Assembly: GCA_965199715.1 (NCBI GenBank)
Contig: OZ241322.1
Span: 384,001-448,000 of the forward strand
Direction of reading: 5' to 3'
Origin: Vicinamibacteria bacterium
GTDB taxonomy: Bacteria; Acidobacteriota; Vicinamibacteria; Marinacidobacterales; Marinacidobacteraceae
DNA length: 64,000 bases
Shown: positions 28,602-37,777 of the stretch, one piece after another
Layout: each line of letters starts with the position of its first letter
How positions within the stretch are numbered: position 1 is the first letter of the stretch
Program-made: the position numbers and the translations under genes
The notes under the pieces: generated by a model
Database searches by the model: none
What the model saw: only the letters and a program-made list of their open reading frames with translations
What the model was told of the DNA's origin: nothing

Positions 28602-29456
28602 GTTCACGTAGCCGTTGCGGGCCCGCACCCGGATCCCGCGTCCGGGAACGCGCACCCGGATCGGCACGAATCCCTCCGCGCCGAGATCCGGCGTGAACGA
28701 AAGCACGTAGCGCACCTTCAGCTCCCGGAGGATCTCCCGGTAGGCGGCGTCCACGTCGCGGTCGGACTCGAGGACGACGACGCGCCCGCCGCTGGCCTCG
28801 GCGACTTCCTCGAGCAGCCGGACCCCGCGGCTCTGGGGCCGGCGGAAACTGGGCTGGACCGGGGCGGGCGCGAGGATCGCGTAGAAGAGCGCCTCGGAGG
28901 CCCGCGCGGCGCTGCGCAGGTGCTCCTCCCTCGACCAGCTCAGGTTGTCCTCGCCGTCGGTGAACAGGAGGAACACGCCCCTCCCCCGGTCGTCGTGCAG
29001 CGTCGCGAGCGACAGGATCACCCCGTCGCGGAGCGCCGTCGCCCCGCCGGCCGTGCGCCGGGTTCCGAAGTCCAGCCCCTCGGGACAGGGGCCGAACGGG
29101 TGCACCCAGCGGGCGAGCCGGGCGAACGCGACCACGGCGCAGGAGTCACGCTCGGTCATCCCGGCGGCGAAGGTTCGGGCGCCGTCGATCAGCCGCTGGT
29201 AGCGGTCGCCCCGCGTGCTCGAGCTCTCGTCCAACGCGAAGAGCACCGAGACGCTGAGCGCGTCCGAGTCGAGCAGCCGGAAGTCGGTCGGGACGTCGTT
29301 CACGAACAACTGGAAGTCGTCCGGGCCGAGCCCCTCGACCGGCGCGTCACCCCGGGTGACGGAAACGTCCACGAGCACCGCCCGGGTCTGGATCCGGAAC
29401 TGGGCCGCCGCGGGAGCGCCCGCCAGGAGGACGGCGAGGGTCAGCCCGAGACGCAC
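28587..29456 (-). CDS. vWA-domain protein (Acidobacteria VWFA type)
   Basis: VLVDVSVT...GLGPDDF, DESSS, TALRD, FTDGED, SGG, YVLSF, VRARNGY. Confidence 0.85.
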   Translation of the reverse strand: MRLGLTLAVLLAGAPAAAQFRIQTRAVLVDVSVTRGDAPVEGLGPDDFQLFVNDVPTDFRLLDSDALSVSVLFALDESSSTRGDRYQRLIDGARTFAAGMTERDSCAVVAFARLARWVHPFGPCPEGLDFGTRRTAGGATALRDGVILSLATLHDDRGRGVFLLFTDGEDNLSWSREEHLRSAARASEALFYAILAPAPVQPSFRRPQSRGVRLLEEVAEASGGRVVVLESDRDVDAAYREILRELKVRYVLSFTPDLGAEGFVPIRVRVPGRGIRVRARNGYVNSPPP

Positions 29457-29459
29457 CGT

Positions 29460-30515
29460 TCAGGCCGGAACCAGCGCCCGGAGCCAGTCGAATCGGGACG
29501 GGGCGCCGTCGGCCCACGTCGAGAGGAAGCGCATCCACGGGAACGACCGATCCCGCCCGGCGAGATGGTCGGTCGCGAGCTCCGCGGCCTCGTCGCTGCG
29601 TCCCGACTGGTGGAGGGCCATCACGAGCGCGGCGGTCGCCGCCCCCGACGGCGGCTCGCCCCGCGCCGCCTCCACGAGTCGCGCCGCGGCGTTCTCCGCG
29701 CCCCGATCGCCGAGATCGAGCTCGACCTCGAGCAGGCGGCGAGGCACCCAAAGGCGCGGCGCGACCGGATCGCGCAGGGCGCGCATCTGGCTGTGCGCCT
29801 CGACCCGGTCGCCCGAGCCGAGCGCGGCCATCGCGAGGCGTAGGCGCAGGTCGTCGGGGTCGCCCATCGCCTGAACGAGCGGGTGGTCCGACCGCTCGCC
29901 GTCCGCGTTGCTGAAGCCCCGGGCGGCGACCGAGGCGACGAGCATGCGCGCGAATTCGGGCCAATAGTCCTGCTGGAGCAGGTACCGCGCCTGGACGCCG
30001 AGAAGCGCGGCGCGTTGCCACGCGATCGGCGGAGCGGCCGGATCCGGGGCCGACGCGAGGATCGCGCCCGCCGTGTGCAGATCGAGGATCCCGAGCGGCC
30101 GCCGGGCCGCGGCCAGATGCAGTTCCCACGAGAGCGTCCGCGGCAGCGGCGCCGACGCCGCGCCTCCCCAGCTTCGCCGCAGCGCGTCGCGCGACCGCTG
30201 GGGAACGCCCGGCGGCCAGACCTCGGGCAGCGTCCGCAGCGGCGGATCGATGAGCCGGAAGAAGAAGGCGTTCTGGTTCCCCAACCGGCCGGCGGTCTCG
30301 GCGTGCATCAGCGCCGCGAAGAACCGGAGGCGGAACCCGCGCGGCTCCGTTCCCGGCGGCGACGCCTCGAGGAACCCCTCCTGCGCGGCCGCGAGCGCGC
30401 GGTGGCCGGCGGCGACGAGCGCCCGCCCGATCGCGAAGACCTCGCCGCCGGCGTAGCCCTCGACGAGGTCGGCGTAGCGCCCCGGAGTCAGCGCCGGGGC
30501 TTCGTCCTGCGGCAC
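29460..30515 (-). CDS. Hypothetical helical/TPR-like protein
   Basis: 351-aa ORF filling the operon gap in coding-like frame; start uncertain. Confidence 0.55.
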   Translation of the reverse strand: MPQDEAPALTPGRYADLVEGYAGGEVFAIGRALVAAGHRALAAAQEGFLEASPPGTEPRGFRLRFFAALMHAETAGRLGNQNAFFFRLIDPPLRTLPEVWPPGVPQRSRDALRRSWGGAASAPLPRTLSWELHLAAARRPLGILDLHTAGAILASAPDPAAPPIAWQRAALLGVQARYLLQQDYWPEFARMLVASVAARGFSNADGERSDHPLVQAMGDPDDLRLRLAMAALGSGDRVEAHSQMRALRDPVAPRLWVPRRLLEVELDLGDRGAENAAARLVEAARGEPPSGAATAALVMALHQSGRSDEAAELATDHLAGRDRSFPWMRFLSTWADGAPSRFDWLRALVPA

Positions 30516-30519
30516 CCGA

Positions 30520-31578
30520 TCATGGTTCCGAGGCTGGGCCGGACGCCTCGTCCAGCGCCAAGTCCGCGAACGCCCCCGGATGGGAGAGCCGGATTTCGGA
30601 GCCGGGGCCGAGCCGGACCGGCTCCTCGAACGCGTACTTCTCGAGCCAGTCGGCGTCGATTCGCCGGATGCTGAGAAGCGGGGTCGAAGCGCCGTCCGCG
30701 GTCACGAGCTCCGCCGAGAAGGCGTCGGCGTCCGGGGGAGGCGTGAGCGCGAGCAGCCGCCCGGCTCCCGGACGAAGCGCCGGCCCGTCGGCGTGCACGA
30801 CGCGGACGGGGGAGTCCGCGTCCTCCGGCGCCGGCAGGATCCCGACCGAGGGCCGGTCGTTGAAGGCGAACCCCTCGGTCTCGAAGCCCTTGCGGTACTC
30901 GAGCTCGAGGAACAGGCCCCCGGCCCCGAGCGGGTCGAAGGTTCCCGCGGGGCGCCGGCGGGTTCCCTGCCCGACCACCCAGGTGAAGACCGGCTCGGCG
31001 TCGCAGCTCCCCCGGTAGAGGACCGCGCGGCGGAGAATCGCCACGGCGTCGCCGGGCCGCAGCTCGAATCCGCCGGCGCCGGGGAGAGGCTCGGCGTCGA
31101 GCGGAACGCAGGTTCGGAACTCGGAGGCGTCGGCCGGGATTTCGACCGGCTCGACCGGCGACGCGAGGACCGCGCCCGGCGACAGCGGCGGCGGCTCCGG
31201 AATCGGGGGCTCCCGGTCCGGACGCGGTCCCTCCGGCGCGAGGCCGATCGCCCAGTCCACGAGCATGTCGGTCTCGCGGTCGTCGAGGGTGCGACCGTGC
31301 GCCAGCCGGCCCACGCCGTCGTCCGGCAGCCACGGCGGCATCCTCCGGTGCAGCACCTGCCGCGCGATGGAGTTCGCCCACGAGACCGCCTCGGCGTACC
31401 GCATCAGGTTCACCGGCGCCGGGCCGACCCCCGAGTGGCACGACGCGCAATGCGTTTCCAGCAGCGGGCGGATCTCCCGGTAGTACGTATAGCCGGAAAG
31501 CTCCGGCTCGTGCGCCCGCGCCCCCGGCCACGCGAGGAGGACGACCCCCGCGAGAACGACGAGGAAGGCGGCTCTCAA
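30520..31578 (-). CDS. Secreted c-type heme protein with Cu-monooxygenase-like beta domains
   Basis: TTG start overlapping the upstream TGA; IRPLLETHCASCH, RMPPW, LVDWAIGLAPEG. Confidence 0.7.
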   Translation of the reverse strand: MRAAFLVVLAGVVLLAWPGARAHEPELSGYTYYREIRPLLETHCASCHSGVGPAPVNLMRYAEAVSWANSIARQVLHRRMPPWLPDDGVGRLAHGRTLDDRETDMLVDWAIGLAPEGPRPDREPPIPEPPPLSPGAVLASPVEPVEIPADASEFRTCVPLDAEPLPGAGGFELRPGDAVAILRRAVLYRGSCDAEPVFTWVVGQGTRRRPAGTFDPLGAGGLFLELEYRKGFETEGFAFNDRPSVGILPAPEDADSPVRVVHADGPALRPGAGRLLALTPPPDADAFSAELVTADGASTPLLSIRRIDADWLEKYAFEEPVRLGPGSEIRLSHPGAFADLALDEASGPASEP

Positions 31579-32645
31579 GACCCTTCCCCCGGAAGTCCGC
31601 GCATCCCCTCGGCGAAGATCTCGTACGCCTCCAGCACCCGCAGCCGATCGCCCTCGTCGCCGTACAGGTCGAGCAGCCAGGCGCCCCGGATGATGCGCTT
31701 GAGAGCCGGCCACGGCCGGTCGTCCTCGACGCGCTCGCCCCAGGCCAGCGCCAGATCCTTGGCCTCCAGCGCGGGGATGAAGAGGTCGGCCCAACGGCCG
31801 TCGGCGATGAGGCCCCGCACCCTCCGGTCGCGCTCCCGAATCGCGGCGAGAATATCGCGGGACTCGTCGGGGACGACGAGCTCCGCGAGCCCGGCGGGAA
31901 CGGGCGGCGCCGCCCCGAGCTCCCGCAGCTCGGCCTCGGACAGGAAGACGAAGTCGAACCGGTCCGCGTCGTCCTCGTTCGGGAACGTCACGAACGCGGT
32001 GAACGAGGAGCGCTCGCTCCGGTCCCGCCCGACGGGAATCTCGAGCGCGTCGGACGCGGATTCCAGCGGCGCCGGATCGTCGAGGAGCGCGCCCAGCGCG
32101 TCCGCCTCCGCGACCTCGGCCACGAAGCCGTCCGCGTCGATCGGGCGGGTGAAGGAGTCGTAGAAGTAGAGACGGAACCGCCCGTCCTCGAGCGTCCCCT
32201 CGAGGTGGTGCACGCCGTCGGGCGCCATGAAGAGGATTCCGCCGTGACGGGGGTTGTGGTCTCCGTGCTCCGCCACCCGGGTCGTGGTCTCGGCGGGTGA
32301 CCCGTCGGCGCAGGTTCCGGGCTCCGTCGATTCGCCGCCGACCTCGCCGGGGCAGGTCCAGACCACCTCGCGGGTGGTCGGGACCAGCGGATCGCCGGTC
32401 GCCGGGCAGGCGCCGGGCTCCTCCGCCACGAACCCGTCCGGCTCGGCGAGGCAGACGTAGCGGGTGACGAGCGTGCGGCGCACGAGCGCCATGCCGCACA
32501 GCGGACAGTCGCCCTCGTCGTGCGACTGGTGGTCCCGGTGCATCGGGCACAGCCACACCGTCCAGGATTCCTCCGGCTCCTGGGCGGCGACCGGAAGCGC
32601 CAGCAGACCCCCCAGCAGGAGAATTCCGAGTCCCCGCAGGCTCAT
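31575..32645 (-). CDS. Heavy-metal-binding (CPMH-type) domain protein
   Basis: WLCPMH...CPLCGMAL, two degenerate repeats, HGDHNPRHGG, HHLEG. Confidence 0.8.
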   Translation of the reverse strand: MSLRGLGILLLGGLLALPVAAQEPEESWTVWLCPMHRDHQSHDEGDCPLCGMALVRRTLVTRYVCLAEPDGFVAEEPGACPATGDPLVPTTREVVWTCPGEVGGESTEPGTCADGSPAETTTRVAEHGDHNPRHGGILFMAPDGVHHLEGTLEDGRFRLYFYDSFTRPIDADGFVAEVAEADALGALLDDPAPLESASDALEIPVGRDRSERSSFTAFVTFPNEDDADRFDFVFLSEAELRELGAAPPVPAGLAELVVPDESRDILAAIRERDRRVRGLIADGRWADLFIPALEAKDLALAWGERVEDDRPWPALKRIIRGAWLLDLYGDEGDRLRVLEAYEIFAEGMRGLPGEGS

Positions 32646-32654
32646 GGCCGGATT

Positions 32655-33140
32655 CTAGGCCGGGGCGCTCCGGTCGGTCAGGTTGACCGCGACCGCCCGG
32701 GCGGCGCGGACGAGGTCGTCGGGCGCGATGAGGATCTCCTCCCCCCAGACTCCGGCCCCCACGCCGAGCATCGGCTCCTCCATGAGCGCGAGATCGAGGA
32801 ACGTCCGCGTATCGGGCTTCTGCCAGCCGAACGGCGGGATGGACCCGATCGCGTAGCCGGTGAACTCGATCACTTCCTCGGGGCGCGCCAACTGGATGTT
32901 GCGGTTCCCGATGGCCTTCTTGAGCCGGCCCGAGATGACGCTGCGGTCGCCGCCGACCCCGACCAGAACCCGCTCGCCGGTTCCGGCCCGGAAGATGAGC
33001 GTCTTGACCATCTGGCTCTCCCGGAACCCGAGCGCGCGGGCGACCGCCGCAGCGCCTTTCGGGGTCTCGGCGGGAAACGTGCGCCGCTCCCACGGGATCC
33101 CGCGCTCGTCGAGGTAGCGGTGCGGCGGGAGAACGCTCAC
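32655..33140 (-). CDS. YbaK/EbsC aminoacyl-tRNA deacylase family protein
   Basis: MVKTL, TGYAIGSIPPFG, VGAGVWGEEI. Confidence 0.88.
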   Translation of the reverse strand: MSVLPPHRYLDERGIPWERRTFPAETPKGAAAVARALGFRESQMVKTLIFRAGTGERVLVGVGGDRSVISGRLKKAIGNRNIQLARPEEVIEFTGYAIGSIPPFGWQKPDTRTFLDLALMEEPMLGVGAGVWGEEILIAPDDLVRAARAVAVNLTDRSAPA

Positions 33141-33949
33141 GCGGCCATGCTTTCCCCGGCGTGCGCGCCGACGGCGCGCAGGACGAACCTCGGGAGGAAG
33201 CGGGGAAGCAGCGGGACGATCCGGGGCAGGAGCCCCGGGAAAATCACCGCCCGGCCCCGAAGGGCGCCCCGGTATCCAGCGCGGGCCACGGCCTCCGGGC
33301 GCGCCATCGCGAGGCGCAGCATGGGGCCCCTGAGCGTAATTCCGGCGGTGCCGAGGAACGGCGTGTCCACCGGGCCCGGGCACAGCACGCTCACCGTGAC
33401 CCCCGTGCCCCGGAGCTCCCCGGCGAGACCTTCGGAAAGGTGTTGCACGAAGGCCTTGGTCGCGGCGTACGCGGTGAAGCCCCCGCCGGGGACGAAGGCC
33501 GCGAGGGACCCCACGTTCAGGATGCGTCCCCGGCCCCGCCGCAGCATCGCCGGGAGGCAGCGATGGCAGAGCTCCGCGAGGGCGACGGCGTTCAGCTCGA
33601 GCATGGCGCGCTGCACGCTCGTGCCCACCTTGTGGAAGGGGAGCGAGCGTCCGAAACCGGCGTTGTTGACGAGGAAATCCACTTCCAGATTCCGCTCCTC
33701 GAGCTCGCCCATGAGCTCCTCCACGGATCCGAGCTGCGCGAGATCCTTCGCGATCGCGAACGCCTGGACCCCGTGGCGGTCGGCGATCTCCCGCGCCGCC
33801 CGCTCGAGGCGTTCGGGGGCCCGCGCCACGAGCACGACGTCGCGCCCGTCCGCCGCGGCGAGATCGGCCACATCCCGGCCGATTCCAATGGAGCCGCCGG
33901 TGATCAGCGTCACCGGCCGCGGAGAGGCCGCATAGTCTTCGCCTGACAT
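33137..33949 (-). CDS. Short-chain dehydrogenase/reductase
   Basis: TGGSIGIG, VNNAGFG, YAATK. Confidence 0.93.
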   Translation of the reverse strand: MSGEDYAASPRPVTLITGGSIGIGRDVADLAAADGRDVVLVARAPERLERAAREIADRHGVQAFAIAKDLAQLGSVEELMGELEERNLEVDFLVNNAGFGRSLPFHKVGTSVQRAMLELNAVALAELCHRCLPAMLRRGRGRILNVGSLAAFVPGGGFTAYAATKAFVQHLSEGLAGELRGTGVTVSVLCPGPVDTPFLGTAGITLRGPMLRLAMARPEAVARAGYRGALRGRAVIFPGLLPRIVPLLPRFLPRFVLRAVGAHAGESMAA

Positions 33950-33996
33950 CGCGCCGCCCATTCTAAGAGCGGTCCATCGGGCGGCGGAGGTCCTTC

Positions 33997-36111
33997 ATGT
34001 CATTCCACGATCGAGACTCCGACACCCCGCTGGTGCCGAAGGAGCTGTCGCAGCTCGCCTTCAACGCCCGCGTGCTGCAGGAGGCGCAGGACAAGAGCGT
34101 CCCGCCGCTGGAGCGATTGAAATTCCTCGGGATCTTCTCGAGCAACCAAGACGAATACTACCGGGTCCGGGTAGCCACGATCCAGCGGCTGGAGCGGCTG
34201 GGATCCCGGGGGCACGGGCTTCTCGGCTCTTCCCCGAAGCAATTGCTCGGCCGGATCCAGAACCGCATCCTCGCCGACCAAGACGTATTCCTCGAGACCT
34301 ACGAGAGCCTGCTCGGCGAGCTGGAGGAGCAGGGGGTCCGGATTCTCCCGGAAGGCGAGCTGAACGCCCGGCAGCGAGCGTTCGTGGGCGACTTCTTCGC
34401 CCACAAGGTGCGCCCGTGGCTCACGCCGGTCATCCTGCAGGACTCGCTGGAGCGGCTCGTGCTCTCCGAGCGCGACATCTACCTCGGGGTCCGGGTGGAG
34501 CGTGAGGGAAAGCGCCGCCCCATGTACGCCATCGTGGACGTGCCCACCCGGGTCGCGCCCCGCTTCGTGCGCATTCCCGACGAGACCGGGCGCGCGTCGT
34601 TCATTCTGCTCGAGGACGTGATCCGCTTCGGCCTCGCCGGCGTGTTCTCGATCTTCCGGGCGGTCCGCGCCGACGGCTACGTCATCAAGCTGACCCGGGA
34701 CGCCGAACTGGACCTCGACGGCCACCCCAAGGAGAGCTACCTCACCAAGGTGGAGAAGAGCGTCATTCGGCGGCGCACGGCCGACCTCGTGCGGTTCGTG
34801 TACGACGAGAACATGCCCGACGATCTGTTGAAGGCGCTCCGGAAGAACCTCGACATCGCGAAGCGAAGCTCGCTGGTTCCGGGGGGAAGGCATCACAACT
34901 TCAAGGATTTCATCGGGTTTCCCGACGTGGACGCGGACCTGCGGTATCCGCCCCGAGAGCCGCGGCCGGTGCCGGCGATCGAGTCCCGGAACACCGTGCT
35001 GGCCGCCATCCGCGATCGGGACATCCTGATCCACACGCCGTACCAGCGCTTCTCCAGCATCATCGACCTCCTCCGGGAGGCGGCCATCGACCCCAAGGTG
35101 ACCCGCATCGCGGTGACGCTGTACCGGGTGGCGAACAACTCGGGGGTCGTGCGCGCGCTCATCAACGCGGCGCGGAACGGGAAGCGGGTCACGGCGGTCG
35201 TCGAGCTCACCGCGCGCTTCGACGAGGCCACGAACATCCAGTTCACCGACCGGCTGCTGCGCGAGGGCGTTCGGGTCATCTTCGGCCCGGAGGATCTGAA
35301 GGTGCACGCCAAGCTCGGCCTGATCGAGCGCAAGGAGCACGGCAAGAAGGCGTTCTACGGCCTGCTCGGCACCGGCAACATGAACGAGAACACGGGCCGC
35401 ATCTACACCGACCACTTCCTCCTGACGGCCCACCCGGGGATCTGCGAGGACATCGCCAACCTCTTTCGGATCATCCGGCGTCCTTACCGGGAGCGCCGCT
35501 TCCGCCACCTGCTCGTGGCCCCGTGGACGCTCGGAAGCTCGATCGGCGAGCTCATCGACGCCGAGGCGGAACGCGCCCGCGCCGGCGCGCCCGCGTTCAT
35601 CGAGGCCAAGATGAACAACCTGACGCACGCCGAGACGGTGCGGCGGCTGATCCGGGCCGCCGAGGCCGGCGCGGCGGTGCGGCTGATCGTGCGGGGCACG
35701 CTGGCGCTGCCGATCGACCCGGCCCGCATCCCGGAGAACTTCAAGGCGATCTGCATCCTCGACCGCTACCTCGAGCACTCCCGGTTCTTCACGTTCGGAG
35801 GCGGCGGCATGCCGCTGACGTGGGCCGCCTCGGCCGACTGGATGCCGCGGAACTTCCAGCGCCGGATCGAGATCGCGTTCCCGATCTACGACCCGGAACA
35901 CCAGGCGGCGCTGCGCGAGTACTTCGCGATCCAGTGGGCGGACAACACCAAGTCGCGGCTGCACGATCCCGACGGGCGGAACCAGCGGGCGCCCCGGGTC
36001 GGTCCCCGCCGCCAAGCGCAGGCGGAGCTTTACGACTGGCTCGCGCCGCGCGCCCCGGAGCCGCCGATGAGGGTCGCCGTCAGCGCCGCCGCGTCCGCGA
36101 GGCCGGCGTAG
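33997..36111 (+). CDS. ppk1: Polyphosphate kinase 1
   Basis: FNARVLQEA, ERLKFLGIFSSN, TLYR, VELTARFDE, LKVHAK, RYLEHSR, SADWMPRN. Confidence 0.96.
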   Translation: MSFHDRDSDTPLVPKELSQLAFNARVLQEAQDKSVPPLERLKFLGIFSSNQDEYYRVRVATIQRLERLGSRGHGLLGSSPKQLLGRIQNRILADQDVFLETYESLLGELEEQGVRILPEGELNARQRAFVGDFFAHKVRPWLTPVILQDSLERLVLSERDIYLGVRVEREGKRRPMYAIVDVPTRVAPRFVRIPDETGRASFILLEDVIRFGLAGVFSIFRAVRADGYVIKLTRDAELDLDGHPKESYLTKVEKSVIRRRTADLVRFVYDENMPDDLLKALRKNLDIAKRSSLVPGGRHHNFKDFIGFPDVDADLRYPPREPRPVPAIESRNTVLAAIRDRDILIHTPYQRFSSIIDLLREAAIDPKVTRIAVTLYRVANNSGVVRALINAARNGKRVTAVVELTARFDEATNIQFTDRLLREGVRVIFGPEDLKVHAKLGLIERKEHGKKAFYGLLGTGNMNENTGRIYTDHFLLTAHPGICEDIANLFRIIRRPYRERRFRHLLVAPWTLGSSIGELIDAEAERARAGAPAFIEAKMNNLTHAETVRRLIRAAEAGAAVRLIVRGTLALPIDPARIPENFKAICILDRYLEHSRFFTFGGGGMPLTWAASADWMPRNFQRRIEIAFPIYDPEHQAALREYFAIQWADNTKSRLHDPDGRNQRAPRVGPRRQAQAELYDWLAPRAPEPPMRVAVSAAASARPA

Positions 36112-37055
36112 GCGGAAGCGGCGTCGGCGAACGGCACGCGAAGCGACGGAAGCTCCTCGAGGGGCAGCTCCTCGAGCAGCGACCAGGCGAGCTCCCGACG
36201 CCGCGCTCGCGTCCACGCCGGCCCGAGCGGCGGAAGCCGGCTGACCTGGCTCGAGACGAGGCGCACCCGCCCCCGGTGGAACCAGCCGCCCAGATCGAGC
36301 TCGGCGTTTCCCCGGGCCAGCCAGGATCCCACGACCACCGTTCCGTCCCGCGCCGCGAGGCGGATTCCCTGATCGAGGGCGCGTCCGCTTCCGGAAACCT
36401 CGAACACCAGATCGGCCCGTCCGGCGAGACGCGCGGCGTCCTCGGGAGCGACGGACCGCCGGGCGCCGAATCGACGGGAGAGCTCGCGCCGGGCCGGGCG
36501 GGGCTCGATCGTCGCGAGATCGCCCAGCGGGAAACGCGCGAGGAGCCCGGTGAGCGCGAGGCCGAGCGCCCCCTGCCCCAGCACGACCACCCGGGCGCCG
36601 ACGAGCGGCGGGCCGTCGAGCAGCAGGTTCACCGCCGTCTCGCAATACGGAAACCGCACGGCGCGCTCGTCGGGAAGACCGGGCGGGACGGCCAGCAGGT
36701 CGGCCGGATCCGCGTGGAACCGGGTCTGGTGCGGCGCGAAGGCGAACACCCGGCCTTCCAGGAGCTCTTCGGGCTCCGCGTCCCGGCCGACGCGCTCGAT
36801 CTCGCCGAGCGCCGCGTAGCCGTACCGGAACGGGAAGCGGAACCCGCCGCCGGCGAGCGCCGGGATCGCGTCGTCCCGCACGAGTTCCGGGTCGAGGTCG
36901 CCGCGCCACGCCGCGAGTTCGGTCCCGGTGCTCACCATCGCGAGCCGGGTCCGGACCTGGACGCTCCCGCCCGGCAGGTCGGGGAGCAGGTCGCGGCGGA
37001 CTCCGATCCGCTTCGGCCCCTCGAACCAGACCGAGAGCCGCTCGCGGGACCTCAT
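36030..37055 (-). CDS. MDR-family (zinc-ADH-like) oxidoreductase lacking the catalytic Zn Cys
   Basis: VSTGTE, FPFRYGY, FAFAPHQ, ETAVN, GQGALG, FHRGRVRLVSSQV. Confidence 0.85.
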   Translation of the reverse strand: MRSRERLSVWFEGPKRIGVRRDLLPDLPGGSVQVRTRLAMVSTGTELAAWRGDLDPELVRDDAIPALAGGGFRFPFRYGYAALGEIERVGRDAEPEELLEGRVFAFAPHQTRFHADPADLLAVPPGLPDERAVRFPYCETAVNLLLDGPPLVGARVVVLGQGALGLALTGLLARFPLGDLATIEPRPARRELSRRFGARRSVAPEDAARLAGRADLVFEVSGSGRALDQGIRLAARDGTVVVGSWLARGNAELDLGGWFHRGRVRLVSSQVSRLPPLGPAWTRARRRELAWSLLEELPLEELPSLRVPFADAASAYAGLADAAALTATLIGGSGARGASQS

Positions 37056-37777
37056 CGCCGCCGGAAGTCGGGAGCCCCTGCGAGCACGAGGTCGTGGTCA
37101 AACCGCTCCCACCGCCAGCGGCGGAGCGCCACCGGAGCCTCCACCCGCGCGAGCGCCGGCTCTCCGCCGATGAGGCGCGGCGCCACGGTGATCACCGCGC
37201 AGTCGGCCAGCCGATCGGCGAAGAGCGCGGTGAGCACGCGGCCCCCGCCCTCGACTAGGAGCCGCCGCAGGCCGCGCTCCCGGAGCAGGCGCATGAGTGG
37301 CGGCAGCGGCACCCTGCCGGCCTCGTTCGCCGGAAACTCCAGCACCGTCGCGCCGCGCTCCCGGATCCGCTCCGCCGCTCCGGGCGGCGCGCCCCGGGTC
37401 GTGGCCACGAGCAGGTTCCGGGCCTCGGGAACGCCCCGGAAGAGGCGGGCGTCGAGCGGCAGCCGCAGCCTGCTGTCCAGCACGATGGGGTCGGGGTCGC
37501 GCCCGGCGGCGAGGCGCACGTCCAGCCGGGGGTCGTCGGCGAGCACCGTGCCGATGCCGACCATGATCGCGTCGTGCCACGACCGCAGCCGGTGGGTCAG
37601 CCCGAGGGACGCGGTCCCGCTGAGGCGGAGCGGCTCGTCCGGCCGCGCCGCGATGGACCCGTCGAGGCTTTGCGCGTAGGTGACGGTGACCGAGGGCCGG
37701 CCGCGCCGGCGCCGTCCGGCGAGGTCGGCGACGAGCGCCTCGATCCCGGTTTCGCCGGAAGGACTTCCCGGAATCAC
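37052..37777 (-). CDS. RibD C-terminal-type pyrimidine reductase
   Basis: YAQSLDG, HRLRSWHDAIMVGIGTVLADDP, LDSRLR, LLVEGG. Confidence 0.88.
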   Translation of the reverse strand: MIPGSPSGETGIEALVADLAGRRRRGRPSVTVTYAQSLDGSIAARPDEPLRLSGTASLGLTHRLRSWHDAIMVGIGTVLADDPRLDVRLAAGRDPDPIVLDSRLRLPLDARLFRGVPEARNLLVATTRGAPPGAAERIRERGATVLEFPANEAGRVPLPPLMRLLRERGLRRLLVEGGGRVLTALFADRLADCAVITVAPRLIGGEPALARVEAPVALRRWRWERFDHDLVLAGAPDFRRR

